This document shows positions 1-11,752 of a stretch of 64,000 nt of DNA, one piece after another. The number at the start of each line of letters is the position of its first letter. Position 1 is the stretch's first letter. Made by a program: the position numbers and the translations under genes. The stretch is from an uncultured Methanoregulaceae archaeon (GTDB lineage: Archaea > Halobacteriota > Methanomicrobia > Methanomicrobiales > Methanospirillaceae). The notes beneath the pieces are model-generated. The model searched no databases and was not told the origin of the DNA. It saw only the letters and a program-made list of their open reading frames with translations. The DNA is taken from NCBI GenBank assembly GCA_963815065.1, contig CAWFFE010000006.1, positions 41,110-105,109 on the forward strand, in the 5' to 3' direction.

Positions 1-1
1 C

Positions 2-1678
2 ATCAAGGCAGAACACAAGGAACGCGACCCGGTCCTTGTCAGGGTTCGCCAGATCCGCCCGAACGGGAATATTGATCTGGAAGAAGTGCAGGTCCCGGTT
101 TACCATGTCCAGACTGTCGACCGCAAGTCAACGACGGTAAACATCGCCGATCTGGCCAATAAAGTGGGAAGAACCGTTGCGATTGAAGGCGAGATCGCCC
201 AGATCAAACAGACGAGCGGCCCCACAATTTTTACCATCGTTGATGAGACCGGGACCCAGAACGCGGCTGCGTTTGTCGAAGCCGGTGTCCGGGCATACCC
301 GGAAGCCGAGCTTGATGATATCGTCAAAGTTGTCGGCGAAGTGATGATGCGCAATAACCAGTTGCAGATTGAAGTCGATTCGCTCTCGATCCTCAGGGAC
401 GATGATGCAGCAGCGGTGAAAATACGAATAGAAAAGGCGCTGGATGCACGTTCCGAGCCGGAGAACATCCCCCTGCTCGTGCAGAGCGAGGTCATGGAAA
501 AACTCCGCCCTGAGATGAAGAAGGTCGCAAAAATTATCAGGAAAGCGATTTTCACCTCACAACCGATCATACTTCGCCACCATGCCGATGCCGACGGGAT
601 CTGTTCTGCCGTGGCGATTGAACAGGCAGTTGTCTCCCTTATCAGGGAGAGCGGTGGTGACTTTGACGCGGATTATTACCTTTTCAAACGTGCCCCGTCA
701 AAGGCCCCGTTCTACGAGATTGAAGATATTACCCGAGATCTCGATTTCTCGTTAAAGGATCACGCCAGGTATGGTCAGAAAATGCCGCTGGTCCTGCTGA
801 CTGACAACGGATCGACGGAGGAAGATGAGCCCGCCTACAAGATAGCCAGCGTCTACGACATTCCCTTTGTCGTGATCGATCATCACCACCCCGACGCGAC
901 GATTGACAAATATCTCAGGGCACATGTCAATCCCTACCATGTCGGTGGAGACTTCGGTATCACTGCCGGGATGCTCGGTACTGAAGTTGCCCGGCTGATC
1001 AATCCTAAAATTGAACCTCTCATCCGGCACCTCCCGGCCGTGGCCGGCGTCGGTGACCGGTCGGAAGCTCCTGAACGAAGTCTCTTCCTCGCCCTTGTCT
1101 GCGACCAGTATCCCGAACAGGCATGCAAGGATATCGCACTTGCTCTCGATTACGAGCAGTTCTGGCTACGGTTCAATGACGGCAGGGAGATCGTCAAGGA
1201 TATCTTAAACCTGACCGGGAATCCGGAACGGTACCGGAAACTTGTCGCCCTGCTCGTCGAAGGGGCCAACACCATGATCGAAGACCAGATGAGTGCCTGC
1301 ATGCCTCATGTGGTCCCCCGAGTGCTCGGGAACGATGCACATCTCTTCCTTATCGATGTCGAGATTCATGCACACAAGTTCACCTTCCCCCCTCCCGGTA
1401 AGACTTCCGGCGAAGTGCATGATCGGCTCTGTAAACAAAACGCGGGAAAACCCGTGGTAACCATCGGGTTTGGTCCGGATTTTGCGGTGCTTCGGTCGCG
1501 GGGTGTCCTGATGAACATCCCCCGGATGGTACGGGAACTCAGAAATGAGATACCCGGGGGTGGCATCAGTGGCGGCGGGCACCTCGTTGTGGGCAGCATC
1601 AAATTTGTAGAGGGTATGCGTGAGGTGGTGCTTGAAGCCCTCATCAGTAAAATTGGGGAAGCACAGGTACAAAAATAA
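2..1678 (+). CDS. Archaeal RecJ-like DHH-family phosphoesterase/exonuclease with OB-fold (5' end outside window)
   Basis: Frame is open from base 2. OB-fold segment (GEIAQIKQTSGPTIFTIVDETG), DHH motifs HHADADG, TDNG, IDHHH, and C-terminal GGGH (DHHA1). Confidence 0.88.
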   Translation: MKAEHKERDPVLVRVRQIRPNGNIDLEEVQVPVYHVQTVDRKSTTVNIADLANKVGRTVAIEGEIAQIKQTSGPTIFTIVDETGTQNAAAFVEAGVRAYPEAELDDIVKVVGEVMMRNNQLQIEVDSLSILRDDDAAAVKIRIEKALDARSEPENIPLLVQSEVMEKLRPEMKKVAKIIRKAIFTSQPIILRHHADADGICSAVAIEQAVVSLIRESGGDFDADYYLFKRAPSKAPFYEIEDITRDLDFSLKDHARYGQKMPLVLLTDNGSTEEDEPAYKIASVYDIPFVVIDHHHPDATIDKYLRAHVNPYHVGGDFGITAGMLGTEVARLINPKIEPLIRHLPAVAGVGDRSEAPERSLFLALVCDQYPEQACKDIALALDYEQFWLRFNDGREIVKDILNLTGNPERYRKLVALLVEGANTMIEDQMSACMPHVVPRVLGNDAHLFLIDVEIHAHKFTFPPPGKTSGEVHDRLCKQNAGKPVVTIGFGPDFAVLRSRGVLMNIPRMVRELRNEIPGGGISGGGHLVVGSIKFVEGMREVVLEALISKIGEAQVQK

Positions 1679-1900
1679 GAAATCAGTCTCATTTTTAAAA
1701 AGCCTGTGAATATGACTGCAATATGCCCGGAATATACAATAACCGGGTCTCCGGTGATCAGGCTCATCTGCAGGACTGGTACATTCTTTCCTGTCAGAAT
1801 ATGCGTTCAGCTGAACAAAAATGACCTGTCTATAACCTGAAGAATCAGATATATATAAATATACATTGATCTAAATGAGTTTTAAATGCTGAGGCACAAG

Positions 1901-2152
1901 ATGTCAACAACCAAAAAATTACGTGAAACGTATAACGAGACCCAGCACAAAATTGTTCTCTACCTCAATTCCGGTATAACCAAAGGAAAGCACTACTTCA
2001 AATCAAAATATATTGCAAAGGAGCTTGGCTTATCCCCCAAAGAGGTCGGAACAAATATGGCGATCCTTGCAGATATCTGCAAGGAACTCGACATAATTCG
2101 TTGGAGCTATTCGAACAGTACGACGTGGATGGTCACGCCGAGGGCTATCTGA
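1901..2152 (+). CDS. Small basic winged-helix-like archaeal protein (DUF7123-like)
   Basis: YFKSKYIAKELGLSPKEVG HTH-like pattern and IIRWSYSNSTTW wing. AT-rich TATA-like tract at ~1849-1862 upstream. Confidence 0.65.
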   Translation: MSTTKKLRETYNETQHKIVLYLNSGITKGKHYFKSKYIAKELGLSPKEVGTNMAILADICKELDIIRWSYSNSTTWMVTPRAI

Positions 2153-2170
2153 GCCCACTATCTTTTTTCC

Positions 2171-2359
2171 ATGGCAAAACTTCTGGAATTTGAATCCGAG
2201 ATCGAATTTATCGCGGATATCAATGACTACAAAGACTGCCTGATGTCCCAGGACCCGACTCAGGATAACCCGAAATCCTTGTGGTTTAATATCGATATCC
2301 CGAAAGGTCATGTCCTGAAGGCCGGGGATCGTGTCCGGGTCACGGTAGAAAAGATCTAA
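2171..2359 (+). CDS. Small hypothetical protein (62 aa)
   Basis: ATG ORF 18 bp after the previous gene, AbrB-like ending (LKAGDRVRVTVEKI), followed by a T-tract. Confidence 0.6.
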   Translation: MAKLLEFESEIEFIADINDYKDCLMSQDPTQDNPKSLWFNIDIPKGHVLKAGDRVRVTVEKI

Positions 2360-3084
2360 ATCCCCTGAAGGAATCCTTTTTTTCACAACCAGCCGCCCGG
2401 AGAGTATCGTTTTTTTTCGGTCGGAGCTTACACGAATACTATAGTCTTTCTCAAACAGAACTCTCCCTGAAATCCCGGGAGGTACGAGATTCACCCAAGG
2501 GCCTTTCCCGGGCAGGGGTGGGGCGGGATTGTTGAGAGAACTCCGGTTCGAAGATTGCTGAAAATGTTCTGAGCTCTTCAGGATATCTCCGGAATGCAAC
2601 GGAAACCCAGAATATTGACAAGAAGTTCAGGAGAACATCTTCGCGGCATCCTGTGAATTTCAGCCTGGTGAAAAATATTTTTGGAACGAATGCGGGTGGA
2701 GAGTCGCCCGGTTAGTCGCGAATCAATCCGATACCGTCCTCCCGGTGAGTGATGTGTGGCGTCAAAGGATTTCTTTCCCCGGATTGCTTCCCCACGTGGG
2801 GAGAGTCAGACTTTTTAATAGATCTATTGAAAAAAAATGAATCACTTCAGGGTTTCGGCAAAGCTGGTTTTCAGGCAGGATAGAATGAAACCCACTGTCT
2901 CTGCGGCTGTTTTTTTTCTTCTGTAAGGTGCGAACGGGACGGACCAACAGCAAACATTTACGAGAAATGTCCTTAACACTTCTCATTATCTTATTCATGA
3001 AGACAACCGGGTTCTACGGGGCAGGAGAGTTCCTTTATACCGGTCATACCAAAGTTTAAATCCCGGTGAATTTACATTTGATCA

Positions 3085-3441
3085 ATGGTCGCATCTGTCA
3101 GGATACCTGCCTGTATCGGAGTGCTCCTGATCTTTTTTATGGTTCTCAGTGGCTGTGTATCCACGAGTATTGGTGAGGTTGGCTATGCAGGTGACGGGAT
3201 TACGGCAAAGATCGATAATCCGGATGGCCCTTCTGATGCATTTGTCCAGGTCACGATATACCAGGTGACCGGCCTGACCCAGCAGGAATATTCTGTCGTG
3301 ATGGCACCGGCAAAACTGCTGACCGGTACCAATACGGTCCTTATCCCGGTCGCTCTCGGACCCGGGACCTACAAACTCAAAATGTATCTTATCCAGGATG
3401 GAGAACGTAAAACCGCGGTTATCCGGGATATTGTGGTTTAA
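3085..3441 (+). CDS. Hypothetical lipoprotein
   Basis: Hydrophobic N-terminus ending in lipobox-like LSGC, beta-rich body, abuts the adenine deaminase start. Confidence 0.65.
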   Translation: MVASVRIPACIGVLLIFFMVLSGCVSTSIGEVGYAGDGITAKIDNPDGPSDAFVQVTIYQVTGLTQQEYSVVMAPAKLLTGTNTVLIPVALGPGTYKLKMYLIQDGERKTAVIRDIVV

Positions 3442-5113
3442 GTGCAGGAAACCCGCATCAGGAACCTGCTGGAAGCAGCCCAGGGGCTGGCTCCGGCCGA
3501 CACGGTATTCAGAAATGCCCGGATATTCAATCCTTTTGCCTGTCAGCTGGGAACAGGGCAACCTCGGCGTTAAAAACGGGGTGATATTGGGTGTCGGTGA
3601 TTATGAGGGAACGAAGGAATATGATCTCAAAGGGTCGTATATCATTCCCGGACTGATAGACGCTCACGTTCATATCGAGTCCTCTCTCCTCACCCCACGG
3701 GAGTATGCCAGCCTGGTCGCCCGCCACGGCACAACCACGGTCTTTGCAGATCCCCATGAACTGGCGAACGTCGCCGGTACCCGGGGAATCGATTTCATGC
3801 TTTCCCAGCGGGAAGGGGCGATCATCGATATTCAGTACCTCCTCCCCTCCTGCGTGCCTGCAACGCCGGCCGACGTTGGTGGTGCTGTACTCACCGCTTC
3901 GGACCTCAGGACCTATGCCGGCCGATCCGGGATCCTTGGGCTCGGCGAGATGATGAATGTCTCCGGTGTCCTCGCCGCCGATCCCGCTGTCCTGGAAAAG
4001 ATCCATCTCTGTTCCATCCGCGACGGTCATGCCCCCCTGCTCTCCGGAAACAATCTCAACGCATATATTCTCGCCGGCTTGCAGAGCGATCACGAATGTA
4101 CCCGGCTGGAGGAGGCGGAGGAGAAACTCCGGCGCGGGATGTATATCTTCATCCGTGAAGGTTCAACGGAACGAAATATTGCCGATCTCATCGGTGTGGT
4201 AACACCGGAGACCGTCTCCCGTTGTTGTTTTGCCACGGACGACTGCCACGCGGATTTGATCGCTGGCAGTGGACATATTGACCGGTGCGTGCGGCGGGCC
4301 ATTGAATGCGGGCTCAGACCTGAGCTTGCCCTGCGGATGGCGACGCTCTCGGCCGCAGAGCGGTTCGGGCTGTCAGATCGTGGAGCACTGACGCCAGGAC
4401 GTCGTGCGGATCTCTGTATCGTTGACGATCTGAACCCCCTCAAAATAACGAGAGTCTTTGTAACAGGTGATGAGATCGGTGAGCCGGTGCGGGATCAACC
4501 CTCCCCTTTCTTCTCCCCGTTTCCCAATAATGTTCCCTCCCGCGAGGATATCTGTATCAGCAGAACCGGCATCGCCCGTGTCATCGGACTTGTCCCGAAC
4601 CAGATAATCACCACCTCCCTGAGATATCCGGTCGCCGCAGGGGACCTGCCCGATGTTGAGCGCGATATCCTGAAAGTGGTGGTCTGCAGCCGGTACCATG
4701 ATGCGGCTTGCGGTATCGGACTTGTCCACGGTTTCTCGCTGAAAAGTGGAGCAATTGCGTCCAGCATCTCTCATGATGCTCATAATATCATCGCCGTCGG
4801 CACAAACGATGGAGAGATCCTGTCGGCGATCCAGGAAGTTATCCAATCCCGGGGTGCGATGGTTGCCGTCAGGGGAGTATCGAAAACGATACTGCCGCTC
4901 GATTGCGGCGGACTAATGTCGACGCTGCCATACCAAAAGGTGGTGGCACGATTACAGGACCTCCGCGAAGCGACAGAAAAGATGGAAAGCATCAGTGATC
5001 CCTTCATGTATCTCTCGTTCCTTGCGCTCACGGTTGTTCCCGCGTTGAGGATTACTGTCCGGGGATTGTTTGATGTCGGGCAATTCCGTGATGTCCCGCT
5101 ATTTGAAGAGTAA
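3442..5113 (+). CDS. ade: Adenine deaminase (one apparent frameshift near 3545)
   Basis: PGLIDAHVHIESS, DPHE, LGEMMN, DGHAP, SDHEC, REGS, TDD and SHDAHN motifs. A natural N-terminus (GTG at 3442: MQETRIRNLLEAAQGLAPADTVFRNARIFNPF) lies in another frame and joins if one base near 3545 is removed. Confidence 0.9.
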
Positions 5114-5295
5114 GTTCCGTAAAAAGTCCTTTTCACCCCGTGCTTTGTGCTCCTCAGTGCGTTTTTGTTGTGCGACGTGTTTTATCGATCCTTCACCGGA
5201 CGGTTTCATTTGCGGAGTCCGTGACACAGCTGATCTCTGTTCTGGTTAACTGGTTGACTGGTCCTGTTCCTGGCGTATTCCTGGCGGATGGCAAT

Positions 5296-6037
5296 TCAGA
5301 TCAAGGGTATTTTGAAAACGGTGGTGAGCAGGAGAATGATGATCGGCTGGTGGATCAGGTAAATAACCAGGGAATGTCTCCCCAGGAATGCAAGCGGCTG
5401 GATAACAAACCGGGGGATTGACGGGAGAGTGAACCTTCTTACGCCCCCCGGATACAGGGTACTCACCGAATCCGATGCCTGCCAGAACCATGCCTGTCCA
5501 GGGAAAAAGCGGTTCGTAATCAACCGACCAGAAGCCCGGCGGGTGAATGCCAAGAGGGAGGAGCCAGACCGGCCCGCTGATCGTTGCGAGGAAGTAACCG
5601 ATCCCGATGAAGAGAAGGCCAAGGACAATGTTTCCGGTTTTAAACCGGAAGAAGAGCGGTGAGATTATTATTGAGATACCAATCAGGTGGAGGATACCAA
5701 AAACGATGAAACCTTCCCCCAGATACCACCAGGTGCCAGCCGTGACGAGGAGGCCGAGAAGGAAGATGCCGGCACCCCGGTAAACAAATTTGAGTGCCAG
5801 GCGATGGCCGGAGTATTTTGACTGCGCCCTTGCCCGGCTGATGGTGAGCGACACCCCGACAATGAGGAGAAATAATGAGGCAGTAGCATAGGCAAAAAAA
5901 TGCCAGAACCCGCTATAAATTTCCAGGGACAGGATCCGGAAATAATTGAGATCAAAAAGCGAATGAAAGAGTATCATCATAAGAATCGCGATACCGCGGA
6001 CCATATCAATCTCATGGTACCGTGATGCTTCAACCAT
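5296..6037 (-). CDS. DUF1624 / HGSNAT-like membrane acyltransferase (frameshift near 5460)
   Basis: RYHEIDMVRGIAILMMILFH, FGILHLIG, SVDYEPLFPW, and in the second frame LGRHSLVIYLIHQP. Confidence 0.8.
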
Positions 6038-6174
6038 ATACAGAAGTCGTCGTTGTTTTCTCATATCTGTTTGGACAGTTCGGAACCTTCGCTCCCGCGT
6101 TGCCGGTTTGCAATATTCCTTAAACGGAGAATGCAAAACTACATCCGGATAGCGTATTCAAAGGATTGATGGCA

Positions 6175-7035
6175 ATGGTACGAAGTAGTGATGAACACGT
6201 CATTGAGGCGATCGGGAAGAGCCGCGTCGTTATCAGGGATGGCAGGGTTGTTGAGGTCGGAGAGCCGCTGATCTCTGACTGCCCTTTGGCGAAACGATTC
6301 GCTTTCCCGATTCCTGAAATAACAAAAGACGCGATTAAAGCCAACATCGAACACCGGATAGAGGCATTTGGTATGTGCACGCCTTGCCGGGAAGTTTGCG
6401 ATACCCGTGAATTTGTCGGGTTCGGGGCATCGGAACTGCTGAGTTTTGGACTTCGTTCTGGTCTGATCGATGCTGCCGTGCTGGCCTGCGACGGTGCCGG
6501 AACAGTGATTGTCACCAGGCCGGAGATGGCCCAGGGAATCGGGGGAAGGATGTCCGGTCTGGTCAGGACCTCTCCGCACAGAGCGGTCATCAACAGGATT
6601 GAACAGGGCGGGGGGATCGTACTTGACCGGGAACAAGCCCGGATCGATCAGCTGGCCGGGGTAGCCCTTGCTGTTTCTGAAGGCTACCAGAACATCGCCG
6701 TCACCATAGCGAGTCCCGGGATCGCGGAGAGCATTCGGAGGATTCATCCTGATACCTTCATCTTTGCTGTCCACGTGACGGGGCTCTCCGATGAGGAAGC
6801 AGAAATGCTCGCATCCGTATCGGATCTGGTGACTTCCTGTGCATCCGCGTCGATCCGGGAGATCGCCGGTGCCGGGGCACTTCTCCAGGCCGGCATTACC
6901 GTCCCGATATTCGCCATGACGCACAAAGGAAAATATCTGATACTTGAAAAGATACGGCAGTCAGACGAGCAGGTTCTGGTCAAACCCACCCGGCTTCCTG
7001 CTCTGGGCGACAAACAGCCATATCCTCTCGTATAA
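6175..7035 (+). CDS. Methanogenesis marker protein 8 (DUF2099)
   Basis: DEHVIEAIGKSRVVI, CPL, FGMCT, FGASE, ACDGAGTV, QGIGGRMSGLV and IDQ motifs. Confidence 0.85.
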   Translation: MVRSSDEHVIEAIGKSRVVIRDGRVVEVGEPLISDCPLAKRFAFPIPEITKDAIKANIEHRIEAFGMCTPCREVCDTREFVGFGASELLSFGLRSGLIDAAVLACDGAGTVIVTRPEMAQGIGGRMSGLVRTSPHRAVINRIEQGGGIVLDREQARIDQLAGVALAVSEGYQNIAVTIASPGIAESIRRIHPDTFIFAVHVTGLSDEEAEMLASVSDLVTSCASASIREIAGAGALLQAGITVPIFAMTHKGKYLILEKIRQSDEQVLVKPTRLPALGDKQPYPLV

Positions 7036-7467
7036 TACCTCTTTTTCCGGACGTTTCAGGATATTCCTTTTTAGCGATGAGTACTTTCATAAAGGCCGCG
7101 AAGGAAGAATCTGGAGCGGTAGATCTCTTTACCTGACAAATTAAAGAAAATTTACCCGCGAAATTTGTCAGGGCAGTTTAAATCAGGGGGCGATGGATCC
7201 TGATCCTGGTGATTCCCTGTGCAGGATCGTTTCCTTAAAAACCCCTTTTTCAGAAAATATTCTGACGCCTTTGTGGCGAGGTTGATTGCTGGCTATCCTC
7301 CGCCGCAACGTACCGGTCTCTTATCTCCCATCCATGACTTTTTCATTTGTTGGGGCAATTGTCACCGGAACGTCTTAATTGACCAGAAATGCTATAATTG
7401 TGTATATAAGAACATATAAACAAGTATATAATTTCTTGAGGTTTTAATCGATTAAGGGAGATTTGCG

Positions 7468-10400
7468 ATGAACGAGCCACCAATGGACAGAACCGAAAAT
7501 GTCATTGATATTTTCGTTTTAAGTACCAGTGAATTATTAGCCCCGCAGCTTACGGAGCATCTGGAAGATAAGGGATACCGGGTTACCGTTTTTCCCGAAA
7601 GCAAACGACTCTTTGAGACGCTCGGAGAAGGAAAACCCAATCTCCTCATCTGCGACACAACGACGGTGGAAGACGGGTTCGAAGTCTGTCGCCAGATTAA
7701 GGCGGACAGCGATCTCTGGGTTATCCCGGTTCTGATCTTTACCGCCGCATCCACGCTTGCGGATTTTCTGAATGTTCTGGACTGCAATGCGGACAACTTC
7801 CTCGCGTATCCCTCTGATCTTCCCTACCGCCTCTCTCTTATTGAAAGCATGCTCACCACTCCCGTTGAGCGGCAGACTCCCGATCTCATCAAAACGCAGT
7901 TCAAGATCAATCACGAAGACCGGATCTATGTGGTTGCCGCGAGCCGGCGAAAGATCCTCGAACTGCTCCTCTCCTCGTTCGAGATTGCGGTCAACAAATC
8001 CTCAGACCTGTCTGAATTGAAAATCGAAATCCAGAGACTGACCGAATCGGCAGAAACGCTCGAAGAAAGTGTAACCGAACATACCTGTGTCATCGATCTC
8101 CTCAATGCGTCCATCAAGCAGAAGGAACTAAAGATTGCCGCCCTGACCCGTGAAGGAACAGAGAAGGCTCGTGCCATTGCTCAAAAAACGGAAGAGATCT
8201 CCCGGCTCGCAGCGGAATTCGACGCGGAAAAAGGTCTTGTTGCTTCAGGTAACGAGAAGATCCGATCGATGATTCGGGAGAAAGAGGAGATCGAATTGTT
8301 TCACCATTCGGAGATCGATGCTCTCCGTCAACAGGTCTCCGGCCTGTCAGCCCAGATAGAGACCGCACAAACAAGTCTCACTGCCGTCCAGGGTGAATTC
8401 GAGGAGGAAAAGACCCACAGCCTCTCCCTTGAAGAGACCCTTCGGGAGATCACCGCGCAGAAAGACCGGGCCGAAACGGCACTCAATGCGTTGGAACCTG
8501 AACACGAACAACTGAAATCTGCGTTCGAACAGGCAAAGAGCCAACGGACTGCCCTTGGAAGAGACCCTTCGGGAGATCACCGCGCAGAAAGACCGGGCCG
8601 AAACGGCACTCAATGCGTTGGAACCTGAACACGAACAACTGAAATCTGCGTTCGAACAGGCAAAGAGCCAACGGACTGCCCTGGAAGAGACCCTTCGGGA
8701 GATCACCGCGCAGAAAGACGAGGCCGAAACGGCACTCACTGCGTTGGAACCTGAACACGAACAACTGAAATCTGCGTTCGAACAGGCAAAGAGCCAACGG
8801 ACTGCCCTGGAAGAGACCCTTCGGGAGATCACCGCGCAGAAAGACGAGGCCGAAATGGCACTCACTGCGTTGGAACCTGAACATGAACAACTGAAATCTG
8901 CGTTCGAACAGGCAAAGAGCCAACGGACTGCCCTGGAAGAGACCCTTCGGGAGATCACCGCGCAGAAAGACCGGGCCGAAACGGCACTCACTGCGTTGGA
9001 ACCTGAACACGAACAACTGAAATCTGCGTTTGAGGCCGAGAAGAACCGGTCGATCTCTGCAGAGAAGGAGTATCAGGCCCTGACGCAGGTTAAAGCGCAG
9101 ACCGAAGAAGATCTCACCCGGAAAATCACCGCTCTCGACGAGGTATTACTCCAGCGGGAGGCCGACCTGAACCTGCTCAAAGAAGAACTCGAAACTGAAA
9201 AAAGGGAGCGGACCTCGGGAGAAGAACTGGTAAGATCCCTTGCCCGGGATAGAGATCAATCGGAATTATCCCTGCAATCTGCAATCGGTGAGCTCAGGGA
9301 ACAACTTGCCGCGCTCCAGGAGCAAAACAGGTCCGCAGCAGCCGCGCTCGAGAATAAGGAATCCACAATACAATCCCTGGAAAAGAACCTCGCAGAATCT
9401 GTTGCTGATAAAGAAAAAGCCGGGGAAGTTGCCCGGGCAAACCAGGTTTTGTACGATGCCACACTCACTCAGCTGAACCAGGATCTCGCCGAGGCGAACG
9501 GAATCCGCTCTGTGCTTGAATCGGATCTTGCCGGGATAAAGCAACAGAATCTGGAGTATACCGAAGGGGTTGCTCAGGCTACCCGCGATAAAGAACAGGC
9601 CGGGCAACAGGTGCAGTCTCTCACCGCCGAACTGGAACGGCTAAAAGAAGCGCACAGTTCATCTGAGGGCCTGATCTCCTCACTCCGGATAGATCTTGCC
9701 GATGCAATTCTTGAAAAGGAGAATACCGAGGCGAGGGTCAGAACAGATCTGGAGTCGTACAAAACGACCTTCGTACGCCTGAAACGGGATCTCGATGAAA
9801 CGCTCGTAAGCCGACGGACCCTTGAAAAAGACCTCGCTGCAGCAAAAACGCAGAGTATGGAGTACGCAGAGGAACTGGCAGTGGCAAACCGGAATAAGGA
9901 ACAGTCCGGACAGAAGATTCACCAGTTGGCCGGTGAACTCGAACGGGTGAAAGCAGACCTTGGTGTCGAGCGGAAACTGCACCAGGCTACCGACGAGAAT
10001 CGTGAAGCAATCGAGCTTGCACGCCAGCGCTTCGAACAGGATCTCCGGCTCTCGGCAGATGAGCAGAAATCCCTCACGGTACAACTTGAAAACGAGCGGA
10101 AGCTGCGGTTGATCGCCGAAGATAAGGTAAATTCATCAGTTCTCGAAGAACAACGTCTCAAAGAAGAGCTCCGTGCGGTCACTGAAGAACACGGACACCA
10201 GGAACAGGATCGGGCACAGAAGATCCAGACTCTCAAAAAAGATCTTGAAACCGTCTGCGATCTACAAAAATCCCTTGAAGAAGAGGTAAGTATCCTCAAC
10301 GAGGAAAAATTAAAGGCAGAGAAGAATGTCCAGGCTCTCACTTCCGAACTTGAACAGGCACGCGTCGCTCTTGCTGACGAATGGGAAAACCATATGACCA

Positions 10401-11107
10401 GCGACGAGCAGCTTGCCGCTGCCGTTCTTGAGCGGGAGCGGCTGCGACAGTCCCTCCTGCAACCGGATCAGCCGGATGCACGAATCGAGGGTGTTCAGGG
10501 AATTATTGCAAAAGAACCGGATCTGCCGGTAATTGTTGACTCTTCATCCCATGCACTTGAACTGGTGACAAGCCCGGTGGCATCTCCTGTTTCTGATGAG
10601 AAGGGGGGCTCTCAGGAGCCATCATCCGAACCGGCCATGGAGATTCCGGAGATGGGCACGAAAAGCGTGAATTTCTCTGGAATTGAGGACCTCTTTGAAG
10701 AAAATGAAGATTTATCCCGGCCCGGCATAGATTCCGAAGTAACCGAAGGCGGAAACGAAGAAGAACTCCCACCCGGACCTGCAGCTCCTGATGCAGGGGA
10801 GGAAGAGCCGGAAGATGAAGATGCCGGATATGACGAGACCGAACCGGAGGAGCCAGGCCCGGAGTTCATGGTTCCGGGTGATTTCAGCAGACCGTCCATC
10901 GGCCCGGCATTCTCAGTCAACCGGAGGCAGTGGCTGGGTCTTATCAAGTGGGCACATCATTCTGAAGCGCTCTCCCGTGACCAGCGGTCCCAGATCCTCC
11001 GGATGGGGCGGCTCCTCCGGAAAAACCAGAGGCTGACACAGGAGCAGGAAGACCAGGTAAGGGAGATGATAACCTTAGCCCAGGCCCTTGGCTACCGGCC
11101 TGTCTGA
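7468..11107 (+). CDS. ~1,210-aa protein: degenerate response-regulator receiver domain, long coiled coil, acidic tail (frameshift near 8554)
   Basis: REC-like N-terminus (PNLLICD, DGFEVCRQIK, IPVLIFT, ADNF). ORFs 7468-8628 and 8555-11107 join if the extra T in gcccttgg (other repeat copies read gccctgg) is removed. E/Q/K/L/A-rich heptads follow. Confidence 0.8.
8428..9030 (+). repeat. Intragenic tandem repeat, 126-bp unit (42 aa), ~4.8 near-identical copies
   Basis: gaagagacccttcgggagatcaccgcgcagaaagac starts at 8431, 8558, 8684, 8810 and 8936. Unit LEETLREITAQKD(R/E)AETAL(N/T)ALEPEHEQLKSAFEQAKSQRTA. Confidence 0.97.
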
Positions 11108-11419
11108 ATAATGCATAAAACGTTTTCTTCTTTTTTAGCCGTTATAATGGACATTAATCATCATTCTATTTTTGCTGGCCTGTAATAGTAATTGACCTCG
11201 AGAGTTCTGTCCTGGTGATTGTTTACCCCCCACACACCCATTAGTTATCAGCAATTTAATTTCAGATACAAATGTGCGGTAAAATTGCTGTCTGGAGATC
11301 CCCTGTTGTTGCGATAATTCCGATCCTTTTAAAAGACCGAATGAAATCCGGAGGGGATTCCCCTATCCGGTGTCGTCTTATCGGCCTTCAGGCCAAAGGG
11401 CCTGCACCTTATCCTGAAC

Positions 11420-11509
11420 TTATTTCTTTACGGACGCATCCCGCCCAGAGAGATACTTGAGATACTCCACCTTCTTCGGCGAGAGTTCCAGACCATTCGT
11501 CATCTCCAT
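11420..11509 (-). pseudogene. Possible truncated 5' remnant of a DtxR/MntR-like metal-dependent regulator
   Basis: MTNGLELSPKKVEYLKYL resembles the first helix of DtxR-family regulators. The frame stops after ~29 codons with no continuation found. Confidence 0.4.
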
Positions 11510-11752
11510 GCATTCCCTGTAGGATATTCCAGGGGAAATAAGATTTGGTATGATACCAAATTTTTTCATGAAGGGAAAACCGGGACATTCTTTCAATGAC
11601 CCCACGGAGACAGCTCATCGAGCTCTTTTCTCCTGAACAATATCGGGAAAGAACCGTGTGGCCGGAATTGGCTTTTACATCAGCATCGCTCCTTTAGAGC
11701 AGGATACAATGAGGCTCGCTGAAAGGAGATCCTGGGTGGATGTGATAAAATT

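Noticed and set aside
8540-8560. Programmed frameshift in the coiled-coil gene
   Set aside because: The extra T is absent from the sister repeat copies, there is no slippery heptamer, and it matches the window-wide insertion error pattern.
8428-9030. Regular repeats as a CRISPR array
   Set aside because: Units are contiguous, in-frame coding repeats with no unique spacers, and no cas genes are present.
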